A DNA stretch of 62,924 nt, the filler included, from Lenisia limosa (Eukaryota > Protista > Breviatea): the NCBI GenBank assembly GCA_001655205.1. It is 14 parts of 14 records of this genome, joined end to end, with 100 filler letters (N's around TTAATTAATTAA, not from the genome) between each part and the next. Parts side by side here need not be neighbours in the genome. Positions count along the whole stretch, not along the records: positions 16,997 to 29,685 come from LPNZ01008986.1; positions 29,786 to 37,034 come from LPNZ01005647.1; positions 37,135 to 38,854 come from LPNZ01011654.1; positions 38,955 to 45,928 come from LPNZ01005241.1; 10 more parts are not named here. One strand, 5' to 3'. Numbering within the stretch: position 1 is the stretch's first letter; every line of letters starts with the position of its first letter. The translations under genes and the position numbers were made by a program. The notes under the pieces were generated by a model that saw only the letters and a list, made by a program, of their open reading frames with translations, did not search any database and was not told the origin of the DNA. Shown here one piece after another: positions 27,969 through 40,331 of the stretch.

Positions 27969-29646
27969 TTGGTAACATTAGCTACGATGCTACCGAAGAG
28001 CAGCTGAAGGCCTTTCTCAGCGAGTGTGGTGAAATTGTGTCCCTCAGGTTGGTTATGATATAGTAACAGTTGAGAATTAAATTACTTCTGAATAATAATT
28101 GTGTATTTGATTTTTCCACTTCTTATGTCACTTTAGGATTGTCCATGATCACAAAACCGGGAAACCCAAGGGCTATGGCTTCTGTGAATTCAAAGTGAGT
28201 TTTTTTATTATGAAATTTATTATGTATTTTGGCCTGGTAGAGTGTTGAGACTGAAGTGTAATGATATCAGTTAAATTATTAGCAGGCTTGTTTCATCGGG
28301 GTCTCTTCTTCTTTTTTTTTTTTGTTTTATTTTTTTTTTTNNNNNNNNNNNNNNNNNNNNNNNNNNNNNNNNNNNNNNNNNNNNNNNNNNNNNNNNNNNN
28401 NNNNNNNNNTTGCACGTGCTGCAGTGCGAATGTTCTCGAAGAAAGAGTTCATGGGGCGCACGATTCACCTTGACATCAGTGACAATGGCGACAAGGAAAC
28501 TGCAAACACACCGGCAGCGATAGCCAGAAAGGCAACTATCGTGCGCAAGGGGTTCTTCTGGTTTTGTTAGGGGAGGAGTTGCGACTTTTCTCTGGATACT
28601 CTGTTTTTGTTGTAAGCATGACCTTCTCTGCAGAACGCAGCCGTGGCCCAGGCCCAAGTTGTTGGAGGCATGCCAGCTCCCGATATGCCTGGCCAAGTGA
28701 GGGGGGGGGGGGGNNNNNNNNNNNNNNNNNNNNNNNNNNNNNNNNNNNNNNNNNNNNNNNNNNNNNNNNNNNNNNNNNNNNNNNNNNNNNNNNNNNNNNN
28801 CACATACCCTGGCCTTCCTTGTTCAAAATGACTGTTTTAGGACTTCCCAGGAGGCAAACAATTTGTTCAAACTATGCTCAGAGACATGACCCTGAACCAA
28901 CTCTATGAATATAGTAAGGTCATATTTTTTTCCACAGTTTCACTCCCGGAATTATTTCCTCTCTAAATCAGATTTAACACCCCCTCCCCCTCCCAGTTGC
29001 GCAAATGAAGAAAATGATGCAGTCAGACGTGCAGTCGACAAAGCAGCTGTTGGCCCAGAATCCCCAGCTCAGTTACGCCACGTCGGTCGCGATTGAACTT
29101 CTTAGCCAGTTACCGGTGGGACTGAGTTCTCTTCCTATATTCTTATATTCGTATATTCCTATAGTAAATTGACATTATACAACAATCCAATATCCCTTTG
29201 CGTGATGGTGTGGACAACTTTGGCCAGATACAGACTTACGCTCAGGTCGCACAGAGTCATGGCAACTTCTCCTCAATGCATCGTTCCAATTACCCCCCTG
29301 AAAAGTAGGCTTCCTGTTCACATTAGGGAGGGCTCTTCGTCCGGAAGTGAAAGACACATGCCAGATCAAGAGTTTTTGTTGTATTTGCATCTGACTGGCA
29401 TTTCTCTTTCGAACATCATCTGAATATAGCCAGCTTACTCTTTGAGATTAATGGATAAGAATCCCCTCTCAGAGGGTTTCCACACATTCATGTAACCCCT
29501 CAGTCCCCCCGCTGACTACCCCCCGCGCTACTTCGAAGAGGCACCCTCCTTCCAACAGGTGTTTGGCGGAATTATTATTTCCTATTTTAAGCTCTTGGCA
29601 TTATCATGGCTGGTTCTTATCTTCTCTTCTACAGCTTGGTATTTGA
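27969..29646 (+). CDS. CSTF2: Cleavage stimulation factor 64 kDa / Rna15 homologue (RRM plus hinge)
   Basis: RRM VGNISYDATEEQLKAFLSECGEIVSLR|IVHDHKTGKPKGYGFCEFK, and hinge MTLNQLYEY.AQMKKMMQSDVQSTKQLLAQNPQLSYA. First exon and exact 3' end are uncertain. Confidence 0.82.
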
Positions 29647-29876
29647 AACGAATACACTAGTTATATATATATATATATATATATANNNNNNNNNNNNNNN
29701 NNNNNNNNNNNNNNNNNNNNNNNNNNNNNTTAATTAATTAANNNNNNNNNNNNNNNNNNNNNNNNNNNNNNNNNNNNNNNNNNNNTTTTGTTGGTTACTC
29801 TAGCAAGGAGAGGATATGAAAACAGTATCAGGCTGACGCTGTGGAAATGATGTCAGTAAACAGCAACCCCCCGTAC

Positions 29877-32800
29877 CTTGAGCATGTTACGACACACGTC
29901 AGGCTCCATCTTAGCCGAAATCATCATGATCACAATTCCTCTGTCATCAAGCCCACGCCGTCCGGCACGGCCAGACATCTGGATGTATTCGCCTGGGGGG
30001 GGGAGGGGGATTAATTATTATGAAATAAATGAAATCGGTACCCTCACACTTAGGTCTTCACTTCGGTTCGAAAAAGACCGTTAAAATATCGATAGTTTTA
30101 GAGGATTTATTGAGAAATTCAGTCTTTTTTGAACCGAAGTTCAGCCCAATACACACTTCAAGAAAGCCCCACCCCTCACCGGAAGAAAGCCACCGTTCGG
30201 CGACACCGTCAAACTTCTTCATTCCAGTGAAAATGACAGTACGTGCAGGCATGTTGAGACCCATGGCTGAGGAGTAAGAGGTGGGCAATTATATGAAAAA
30301 AAAAAATAATCAACACTGTTGGCTAAATATTTGCGAAAACGAGGGCAGGGGAGCTGGGAAAAAACAGCTTCGTGAGTCGCCATATGACATCTTTCAATAG
30401 AAATCAAAAAGAAAGAAGATTAGTGAATCACCCCGCCTGCCTCCAATATATAATATATCTAGCAATGAGAAATAAAAACCAAGGTTGTATCTGGTCAAGT
30501 CGTCCCCTTCAATAGACATAAGGTGTTGCAGATCGGGATTTCAACCCCTCTCCCCAATATATCGGGGACGTTATTTGAGTTACCCGGGGACCTCCCATTA
30601 TCGAGTATATATCATTTTAGGTTCCCCCGCAACCGAAAGTTTCAGTAGCGAACAGGCACTTGATGAGGCCCTCTTGGAACATGATTTCGATAACTTCCTT
30701 CAGGATGGGCAGAAGACCACCGTGATGCACGCCAATTCCGCTGGAAGGTGAGGAGAGATTCAATTACATAACTATGTTGGGAAGAAATTCGCAACTAGTG
30801 CTAAGCAAAATCCCAAATAAGACGGAATAAGTCAGTAAATCCTCGATAAATACCGTCCCCCTTTGCATATGATATACTGTGCCAAGCAAAGAGCAGATAA
30901 CCAGTCACAACAATAAACCGACCGCTTGAGAAGGGGGAGGATTCTGTCAATTTGAGGGAGCTTCCTGTCAGCTTCTACAGCGGGTTAATGGGAAAATGAG
31001 GAGAAAAATTGGAAACTTTATGAAACAAACAACAAAGCTCAATATCAGCTGGGGCTATACGGGGCAATTTGAGGGTTATAATGCCCACAACCACCCATCT
31101 GACTGCGTCCCATCAACCACCCACCTGAGAGACAGTCCATGGCGTTGGTAAACACGGATTCCACGAGTTCTTTCTCCTCATCTAGCTGGGTAAGAGCTTG
31201 CCAAAAATAATGTATTTCGAAAATGTAGTTCGAAAAGGTGAAAAAAAAATAAAAAAAAAAATAAAAAAAAGAGGAGTGCAAAGGAGTCATAATGGTGTCA
31301 GAAAGAATGAAAGAAAAAGAGACAAAAACACATCAAAAGCTTCATAACTTCAAAATAAGAGAAAAAAAAAGTACCCCAAAGCGCCACCCTGCCGACCGGT
31401 GTTGAAGTCAAGCTTGGAAATTGAAATGGCGTGAGCCTCACAATCCTTCTTGCCGAAACTGGGGGGGGGGGGGGNNNNNNNNNNNNNNNNNNNNNNNNNN
31501 NNNNNNNNNNNNNNNNNNNNNNNNNNNNNNNNNNNNNNNNNNNNNNNNNNNNNNNNNGCTAAACACACAAGGTTTAAAAACAACACCAAGTCCAGGTCAG
31601 TCGCTTCTGTACCACCGCATCCCATCAGTGGGGTGAAACGAAGGGAAATTTCGATGAAGGGGATACAAATATCACCAAAACAAATCATCTGAAACCCAAA
31701 ATCATAACAAAAAAGCAATAACAGCAAACCTGAAAACAATGAGAGGGGAGTAGTTCTTGGCCATGACCATCTTGACAAGCTTGAAGAGGTCGGATTGGTC
31801 TGTAACTGTCAAATGGACACCAAGCATACGGGTACTCATTAAGAGAATTTGTAACTATCTGTTTCCCTCAGTATTATATAAGATATTTAATCTAATTCAA
31901 AAGAGAATATGAAATGAAGAAATGATAAAATCAGGCCAACGTCAGCCACCGAACGTCAAAAAGCTAACACCCTCAACCGCTGCTACTGAGCTTCTTCTCT
32001 ACCCCCAACCGCTGCTACTGAGCTTCTTCTTTGTCTGCGTAGTAGCTTGACTAGTCTGCTCAACTTCTGCAAGAGCTTTTTGGTACTGATCCTCCTACGG
32101 GGTTGGGGGTGAAACGAAGGAAATTTATGAAACAAAAGAGCCCAAAATCAACCCTGTTAGCTGAGAAATTGGATTTGACCTTCACTAAATACCAAAATAA
32201 ACTGTATTGTGAAGAGAGTTGAAGAATTTCATGAAAGTATTAGGTTACAACTCTCCCCCCCCTAATATAGCCAAAACCACAAAAAAAAATTGAATGAAAT
32301 TCGTGATTCTGAGCTGAACCCACCTTGAACTGGCCAAATTCATCGACGACAAGGTTGATGCCTGAGCCTCCCTCGGTAAAGACGTAGTGCTACGATGTTA
32401 GAGGAGGAGCACTTAAGGGAAATAAGGACCAGGCTGATGATAGAGGAGGAGAGCACTTAAGGGAGAAATAAGGACCAGGCTGATAAGTTGGATTTATGCT
32501 ACATCCTTCCACAACCCCAAAACAGACCTGCAGGGGAGTGGGTCTGAAGTCTGTGTACACAACATGAACCGGCTAAAGGGGTGAGTTAACACCTTATCAA
32601 ATTATTTCCGAAACAAAAAAGAAGTCGTACAAAAATCATATATGATATGCTCTACACATGCCCCCAAAGCCAAAGCATCCCCAATACCCCCCGCGCCACC
32701 GCACATCTTTTTTATACACCCACCTTTTCAGTCAGAGATGCGATCCAAAGGGCGAATTCGCGAGCATTGGGGATGGTAGCAGAGAGGAACACCATACGCA

Positions 32801-35800
32801 CGTCAGGGTTGAGCAGAATCAATGTTTCTTCCCACACCACTCCACGCTCTGGATGAATTAAGACAATACAGGGGGTTGTCTTGGCTCTTTAGACTTTATG
32901 ATCTTTCCAATTAATTGATAATTAATTGTCAAATAATTGGTCTTCAATGAAAATAATTAAAAATTAATTACAACACCAATTAATGTAAATTAATTACGAT
33001 TTAATCAGTCCAATTTATTAATTGGAAAGAGCCCTATATGAGGGTTTATTTTGGCTCTTTAGATGCTCTGTTTTGGCTCGAGTTACTGTTATAATCATGA
33101 TTAACTTACCTCATCTTAACACCCTGAATTAATAAAGACCAACCCGAATCTCTCATGTAGTGAATTTCGTCGAAGATGACCCATTTGACCTCGCGCACAA
33201 CCTCCGAGCCCTTGTAGAGCATGGAACGCAGAACCTCCGTGGTCATTACCTGCAAAAGGTTAGCAGAAATGACAAGCGAGGAAATTGGTGGAAGCTGGCA
33301 GTCCCAGTTTCATTTGTTTAAAGTATTCACCACCACACAAACACATACACAAAGTCGGAAAATGAAAAAATAAACCCACATCAAGGATTGTTCTGGACAT
33401 CCGGAATTTTTAAGGACCTCGGGAAGCCCTCACCATAACCCCGCGTTGCCCCAGGAAATAAACACAGATCAAGGATTTTCATGAAATTCTGCATATTTCT
33501 TGGTACGCCGCACCGCCAACCAAGACAGATGCGTTGGGACTCATGGTGACGTCACCGGTCATGAGACCCACGTCGTTGAACTCCTCCAACAACTCGCGGT
33601 ACTTTTGGTTGGAGAGGGCCTGGTGGGGGGGGGGGGNNNNNNNNNNNNNNNNNNNNNNNNNNNNNNNNNNNNNNNNNNNNNNNNNNNNNNNNNNNNNNNN
33701 NNNNNNNNNNNNNNNNNNNNNNNNNNNNNNNNNNNNNNNNNNNNNNNNNNNNNNNNNNNNNNNNNNNNNNNNNNNNNNNNNNNNNNNNNNNNNNNNNNNN
33801 NNNNAAGAGAAGAGAAGAGAGGGAAAGAGAAGAGGAGTGAAGAGGAGTGAAGCCAAGAGAAGACCACTGAGCAATACGAGAAGAGCAAGATTCAAATTCT
33901 ATCTATTGTTTTAAATGATTATTATCCAAGAGGTGATGAAGAAATAAAAGCCTAAAATGAGACTAGTACTGAGGAAGCTTAACCCCCTGCCTCACTTTGA
34001 TGGGAGACGTGTAGATGACACGTTGTTTGTTTCTGAGAGCCGTAGCAATTGCATACTCAGCGACAACAGTTTTACCTAAAATGGTAAGTTTATCGCGAGA
34101 GAGAAGGGCTCAAGCAATCCCAGTTTCCGTCTAAAAATCCCAGGACCCCTAACCCCAGAGAACTATTGACCCCCCCCCCCCNNNNNNNNNNNNNNNNNNN
34201 NNNNNNNNNNNNNNNNNNNNNNNNNNNNNNNNNNNNNNNNNNNNNNNNNNNNNNNNNNNNNNNNNNNNNNNNNNNNNNNNNNNNNNNNNNNNNNNNNNNN
34301 NNNNNNNNNNNNNNNNNNNNNNNNNNNNNNNNNNNNNNNNNNNNNNNNNNNNNNNNNNNNNNNNNNNNNNNNNNNNNNNNNNNNNNNNNNNNNNNNNNNN
34401 NNNNNNNNNNNNNNNNNNNNNNNNNNNNNNNNNNNNNNNNNNNNNNNNNNNNNNTTTCTAATCCTCCCAAAAAGATTGATTTTTGTTTTGTTCTCTGGAC
34501 TTTCTAGTTTTGTCTTTTTCTTTCTTTTTCTCAAAAAAAAACAAGCTTACAAGTTCTTGGAAAGGATCCAAGGTGAAGGGGTAGACCTTGGGAGGTTCGC
34601 CAGTGGGCTTGGGTAGTGTGAACATTGATAAATCATCTATGCGGTCAGACTAACAGAGATAGGAGCCGAACGAACCAAGACGATAGCTCATCACCCCCAT
34701 GTTTAAAGCTGTCCACCCCCATATTTAAAGCACTATAGAATAGATGAAGCAAATGAATATAATAATGTATGTAGTATTTACTGTATATAATAGTAAAATT
34801 ATACCGATACACTAGGATATATGTATCCCTTTTGGGGCATGAGTACCCCGAGGATTTATAATAAATTATATTTATTGGACTTGAATGAAGTCCTTACTAA
34901 AAGAAGCAGTATACATATCATATGTAGGACTTTCCTACGATCCTTAAAAAAAGACTGAGTTTTTTGATAAATCCTCCCAATGGTCTTTTTTGGAACGTAG
35001 GAAAACCCTAAACGCATATATCCCCAACCATTCAAAACCGCCAACCTTTAGAAGGTACAAGGCCGACAGGAAGGCACACATCGTGACTGCAGGCCTAAAA
35101 CGATTAAAAGACACCAAACCGAAATGGGAAGAGTAGATCTTCAAAAAGACTGACGAATATCGATATGTATCGAGGGTTTATCGATAATTCCATCTTTTTG
35201 GAACCGAAAGTGAAGCTCCAGGGAAGATGCTCTCAATTTCTCAACGATGCCATCTCCATCCAATATGTAGAAAAGATAAATAAAAAGAGGTGGTATCTGG
35301 CCGAAGNNNNNNNNNNNNNNNNNNNNNNNNNNNNNNNNNNNNNNNNNNNNNNNNNNNNNNNNNNNNNNNNNNNNNNNNATTTCGTGAATTAATCATGGTT
35401 GAACTATAACCATTGCTCATTTCGACAAACAATGGATGCTTTAGTTTTCAAACAAACCTTTACAGGGGTGTCAGGCTTGGGAAGAAGCGACTCATCCACA
35501 GACACCACCATTCCGGTTGTGCGCGATGAAGATGAAATGCGGATTCCGGGGCCAAGATCGGGTGCTGGGCCAGCTAATATCGTCAACACGCAAGGCGGAA
35601 GAGAGTGCATAACTCATACAGAAGAAATGGAGTTCCAACATTCATCATTCATTGCTACCCTCCAACCATCTCCAGCGTCTTGTGATTCTGTAGCTGAAGC
35701 CTGGGCAATCTTCCGCTTCTGAGAAATCAGCCAGCGAAAAGGAGGCATCAGAGCAAACAAATAGGAGTAGAATGAGAGCACCGTATTCCAGCACTGCTTA

Positions 35801-36295
35801 TACTCTTTAAGAGGAGATGTACGTCAGGAGAAACAGAGGAGATGCAAGGGAAGGGAAAGAGCAGAAGAAAAGAGCAGAATATATCATTGAATGGTCAATA
35901 ATGAAGCTTCAATACGATTGCTATCTTACTGCGTATAAGACCGAAATCAAGATGATAACTATTCAGATTAAATGGTGTGATCGCTTTTAGTAGTCAAACC
36001 CCCATAATAATGGCATCAACAGGAACTCATGGAGCGGCTATCATGAACACCAACGAATTCCCATGTGACAAGCCCCTCCCATGATCATACCCTAACGAAG
36101 TCATCAGCACGCTTCGCGTCTCTTCTTGAAGCTGCAATTCCTTCTCCACTCTAAGAGAAGGGTTAGAAAGGAACAGGAAAGGAAGAGCAGTCGATACCTT
36201 GGCTTTCTTTGGTGCACTAGAGTCATCAAACGCATCAAAGAGCGCTGATGTATCCTAAAGAACGTTATTACCTCAGTTTAACCGTGTTTTACCAT
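29877..36295 (-). CDS. MTR4: Mtr4/SKIV2L2 DExH RNA helicase (RecA domains; C-terminal part lost at linker gap)
   Basis: ATG|intron|[11 protein letters not shown]; YPFTLDPFQ; [20 protein letters not shown]; [34 protein letters not shown]; LSATIPNA; [35 protein letters not shown]; [13 protein letters not shown]; [18 protein letters not shown]. Confidence 0.95.
30053..30147. mobile_element. MITE family M1
   Basis: ggtcttcacttcggttcgaaaaagac...gtcttttttgaaccgaagttcagccc inverted arms, in an Mtr4 intron. Confidence 0.85.
31560..31735 (-). repeat. Composite intronic repeat (C-type plus E-type modules)
   Basis: The E-module cagtcgcttctg..accgcatcccat recurs at about 4578, 6718, 38005, 38113, 49404 and (inverted) 54345. 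Here it is joined to the C-module ggggtgaaacgaagggaaatttcgatgaag. Confidence 0.7.
32883..33034. mobile_element. Degenerate GGGCT-terminal MITE (M3-like)
   Basis: ctttccaattaatt...attaattggaaagagccc|TA inverted arms around an AT-rich core. Confidence 0.5.
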
Positions 36296-37134
36296 CTTAA
36301 ACGTGACTTTAGCGTTCACGAAAATATGTGGAGGTCTTAATTGTTCTTCCCTTGATCCCTCTTTCTTATATGAACACCTCCTTCTCAAGACACCGCAAGA
36401 AATAAAAGGATTCGTCCGCAAAAACAATCACTTATCAACTTCCGTTCTGTGGTATTTATATGACCATTTAAAGAAAAGCTTTGAGTGCTTTGAGCACATG
36501 CGCTTTAATAATACATACTAATCAACTTGTATTAACTAAATTTGATCGAAGATATGCGCTAACTTCAATGCACTTTGAGTTTAAGAGAAAATAATGTAAG
36601 CTAAAGGGAATTTGCCTCTGCATGGCTCAAATAAGCATATTTAAGTATCTGTGTAATAATTTACTCTGGGGTTTCCATATATATCTTTGATAAATGTAGG
36701 CTTCAGCCTTCCAAATCCAACCCAGTGGTCGGCAGCAATGGACCGCAGCTCTCAAGTGTTCCTTTTGCAAATGCTGATGAAACAAAGTCCGAACCAGCAG
36801 CCCGGCCAGCTTCGGTTTCCAATTCTAGCGACTATCCGGTGGGTGTGGAGGCTTCTTAAGCCATGGCGCCGGCTATTGTTGTTAGCAAACTACTAGGATA
36901 TTAAACAGCGTAATCCGAGAAGACTAAACCTCTGGTCTGGATGACGAAAGATTGACAGTATTCTGATTCTTGAACAAAGCATTTGACATGCCTTGGGACA
37001 TACATTGAGTATACAGGGGGTTGAAAACTCTTGANNNNNNNNNNNNNNNNNNNNNNNNNNNNNNNNNNNNNNNNNNNNTTAATTAATTAANNNNNNNNNN
37101 NNNNNNNNNNNNNNNNNNNNNNNNNNNNNNNNNN

Positions 37135-37185
<51 letters not shown>

Positions 37186-37310
37186 CCATCACCACCATCA
37201 TCATCAGCATCGTCATTACCATCATTACCATCAACCATCATTACCATCATTATCATCATCGCCACCATCATCATCGTCACCATTACCATCATCATCATCA
37301 TCACCATCAC
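37135..37310. repeat. (CAT)n/(CAC)n microsatellite
   Basis: Long tcatca run that degenerates rightward. A related patch lies at 37730-37840. Confidence 0.95.
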
Positions 37311-37829
37311 CTCTTACCTTCTTCTAAGCCTTAATACTGTGCGTTTTGATAGCTGGAGAGCGTCTGAATGGGATTAAGCAATAATTCGGCAGATAGGGCT
37401 TCACTTGGACCAAATCCTCAATAAATCCCCAATAAAGCCTCGATAAATTCTCTGTCAATCCTCATAATCTATAAAGAGTAAAGTCTCTATTGAAACTAGG
37501 ATCATAAAGATCCAGCGGTACACTATATAACAAAACACACATAAGAAAAAAACGACTACCTCAACGGAGCTGTATTTCTTGGTAGTTTTTACCGCATTTG
37601 AAATCAAGTAGGTGTTATGAATTAGGTGAAACTGCGTTGATATATTATGCGATACATGTTAACACGTATTGGATATGTTACAATTTTTAAATCAGAACAC
37701 ATTAATCTTGAAAACATCTTCCCCCAATCACCATCATCTACAACAAAACATCATCATCCCATCATCATCATCACAATCATCAACGACACTATCATCAACA
37801 ACATCATCATCACCATCCCACCATCATCG

Positions 37830-38854
37830 TCACCATCATTAAAGAGGGTCAGCATGTCAGGAGGCCCGTGTTTGACAATCATAAGCGGGTTAGGCCGACC
37901 TGGGGGGGGGGTAAAACAAAGGAAATTTACGAAACAAACAACAAAAAAGAGCTCATCATTTGGGGAACATACAAGGTTAAAAACGACAAAACACACATCT
38001 CAGGCCAATCGCTTCTTGGGAGTTTGGTGGAGGTGATGGGGGAGTCAAAACGGAACAGCCCAAAAACAACTCAGAAGCACACGTGGATTGAACACAATAA
38101 AAACAGCCCGGTCCAGTCGCTTCTGCAACACCGCTCACCCTTTTTCACTTTGTCTGAGAAAGAATTCCGCACAGCTAAGGTGATAACCTGAGGAAATTAC
38201 ATTTAGAGATGAGAAAAACTAAAAGGTGATACTTGTCCAACACCATCACGCTTATAACAGATAAGCAAGATAAATTATATACTATATACAGTAGAAATCT
38301 GGGGATTCATTTTGATATAATTAGAGCTTAACTTGCGGTTCTCCCCCCCNNNNNNNNNNNNNNNNNNNNNNNNNNNNNNNNNNNNNNNNNNNNNNNNNNN
38401 NNNNNNNNNNNNNNNNNNNNNNNNNNNNNNNNNNNNNNNNNNNNNNNNNNNNNNNNNNNNNNNACAAAATAATAGAAAAATTTGAAGTGGGATATTACTG
38501 TAACCAAAACCCCACTTCAGACACTTTAATTTCTAATTTCGTCAATTAATTTCTTCAAAAAATTAATTTCACGAAGCCCAACTTTTAATAAAGACATGTT
38601 ATATTCCTACTCACCTGGGGGGGAACACCGGATGATTCAACCTGAAGCTGCGGAGCCAATGCGGCAGTTACGGCCTGCGTAATCGTAGCGTCAGACTGCG
38701 ATATTCCAGGGCTGTAGTGTAAGTTTTTTTTATTTTGATTTGAGAATATTATTCATATTACATCCCCCCACGATTTTTGTAACACTTCAGGAAAGTCCTG
38801 GGGAAGATAGAGGGAAGGGCTGAAGGACTCCAGACCCCAGCCGTCAGCATCGCC
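37830..38854 (-). CDS. Hypothetical protein, internal exons
   Basis: GT-AG exons PGISQSDATITQAVTAALAPQLQVESSGVPPQ|gtgagt, VITLAVRNSFSDK and GRPNPLMIVKHGPPDMLTLFND. No family recognised. Confidence 0.4.
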
Positions 38855-39033
38855 NNNNNNNNNNNNNNNNNNNNNNNNNNNNNNNNNNNNNNNNNNNNTT
38901 AATTAATTAANNNNNNNNNNNNNNNNNNNNNNNNNNNNNNNNNNNNNNNNNNNNCATTATCGATATGTCATCCAAATCGAATAATATTTCCAAATCGGAT
39001 GAATAGTAATACTAATATCTAATAATTTTCTAG

Positions 39034-40077
39034 GATCACGAATGTCCAGACCTCCAAAACCGGATTGGAGCCTTCGGGGTCCTCCAAGGTTCAGATCCCC
39101 TGACTCAGCCGTTTATACTGCGGATCGATACCGATGTGGGGGGTGGAGTGTGATATGGTGGTACATTGTTATATGAAGTGTCATATGGTGGTTGATATGG
39201 GTATTATGTGTTTTTATATGGGGGTGTGAGGGGGTAGCATTTGTATATTGTAGGGTGTATAGTTATTACCTGGGGGAACGAGGGGTATTTCATAGTTATG
39301 TTTATGAACGGGGGGCTGCTAACCGATTGTCTTACAGCCTCAGCGTGACGTCTTCCTCCTCGGCCAGTCTTTTGTCTCCCAAATTCTTGTCGTCATAGTA
39401 ATCCTAGGTTGGCTCCAGGAGCTTTGTGATTTTCTTGCAGGGCTCGTGATTTACAACTAAAGGATATTGAACAAAACCAGGGCTTCACCTTGGTTCGAAA
39501 CAAAGACCGAATTTCTCGATAAATCCTCGATAAATAGCGAAATTTAAACGGTCTTTTTTGAACCGAAGTGAAGCCGTCCTCCCCACAATATTCTTCGAAA
39601 TTTCCTTCGTTTCACTCCCCCCTCCCGCTGCAATAATATTTCCAGGACTAATTGTGCCTGTTTTTCTGATGTTTTCCTTCAACATCGTTTTGATCCGTCC
39701 GGTTGCCCAGATTTCCCTTGAGGTAGGCATGAAATTGGCTCGGATGTCGTGAAGGGATAGGCCATAGCTAGGGCTATTGCTGTCCGATAAAAGACACAAT
39801 TTTTATAGAAGCTTTATTGTGGTTTTGAAAACCTATGGAAAATACTTGAGGCTGAAGTCAATCCCTAGGTTAGCCATTTCCACCCATATCCACCCACTCG
39901 ATACAATTTTGTGCGAAAACAAATAAAATGCCTTCAATACTTGGAAACTCATCTCTTTATTTGGAAGTTAACCTCTCAGGTTGTGCAAATTATGAGGGAG
40001 CAGTCTGTGCGGATGTTCGTTTTGTCGCATGATGAACTCGGCCTTCTTGCCACCAACATCAACAGGATGCTTCACCG
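39034..40077 (+). CDS. CHASE4-like/TM/HAMP sensor protein fragment
   Basis: Four phase-compatible exons (39034-39135, 39338-39407, 39646-39722, 39980-40077) give NRIGAFGVLQGSDPLTQPFILRIDTDPQRDVFLLGQSFVSQILVVIVILGLIVPVFLMFSFNIVLIRPVAQISLEVVQIMREQSVRMFVLSHDELGLLATNINRMLH. This is a TM helix followed by a HAMP-type DELxxLAxxxNxML motif. Confidence 0.65.
39480..39576. mobile_element. MITE family M1
   Basis: gggcttcaccttggttcgaaacaaagac...gtcttttttgaaccgaagtgaagcc. Confidence 0.85.
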
Positions 40078-40175
40078 GTCTGTGGGGCTGGATCTTTTTG
40101 AAGTAACGTCTCTATTGAAACTAGGATCATAAGGGTCTGGCATCTAAGTACCAAGATCTTCATATCTGGGGGATA

Positions 40176-40271
40176 GGGCTTCACTTCGGTTCGAAAAAAG
40201 ACGGAATTTCTCGATAAATCCTCGAAAACTATCGATATTTTCCCGGTATTTTTCGAACGGAAGTGAAGCCC
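40176..40271. mobile_element. MITE family M1, full copy
   Basis: TA|GGGCTTCACTTCGGTTCGAAAAA...TTTTTCGAACGGAAGTGAAGCCC, 96 bp. Confidence 0.9.
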
Positions 40272-40331
40272 TCAGCATTATCCTACACTACAAGATTACC
40301 TTGCATTACAGCCAGCCCATGACACCCCCCA

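Noticed and set aside
27969-36295. Apparent cluster of RNA 3'-processing genes (CSTF2 tail-to-tail with MTR4)
   Set aside because: The two genes are separated by a linker gap (29687-29786) and the Mtr4 C-terminal half is missing, so true adjacency is unproven.
37083-37310. Poly-Met/poly-Asp/poly-His ORFs
   Set aside because: These are translations of a (CAT)n microsatellite at a contig end, with no splice or codon support.
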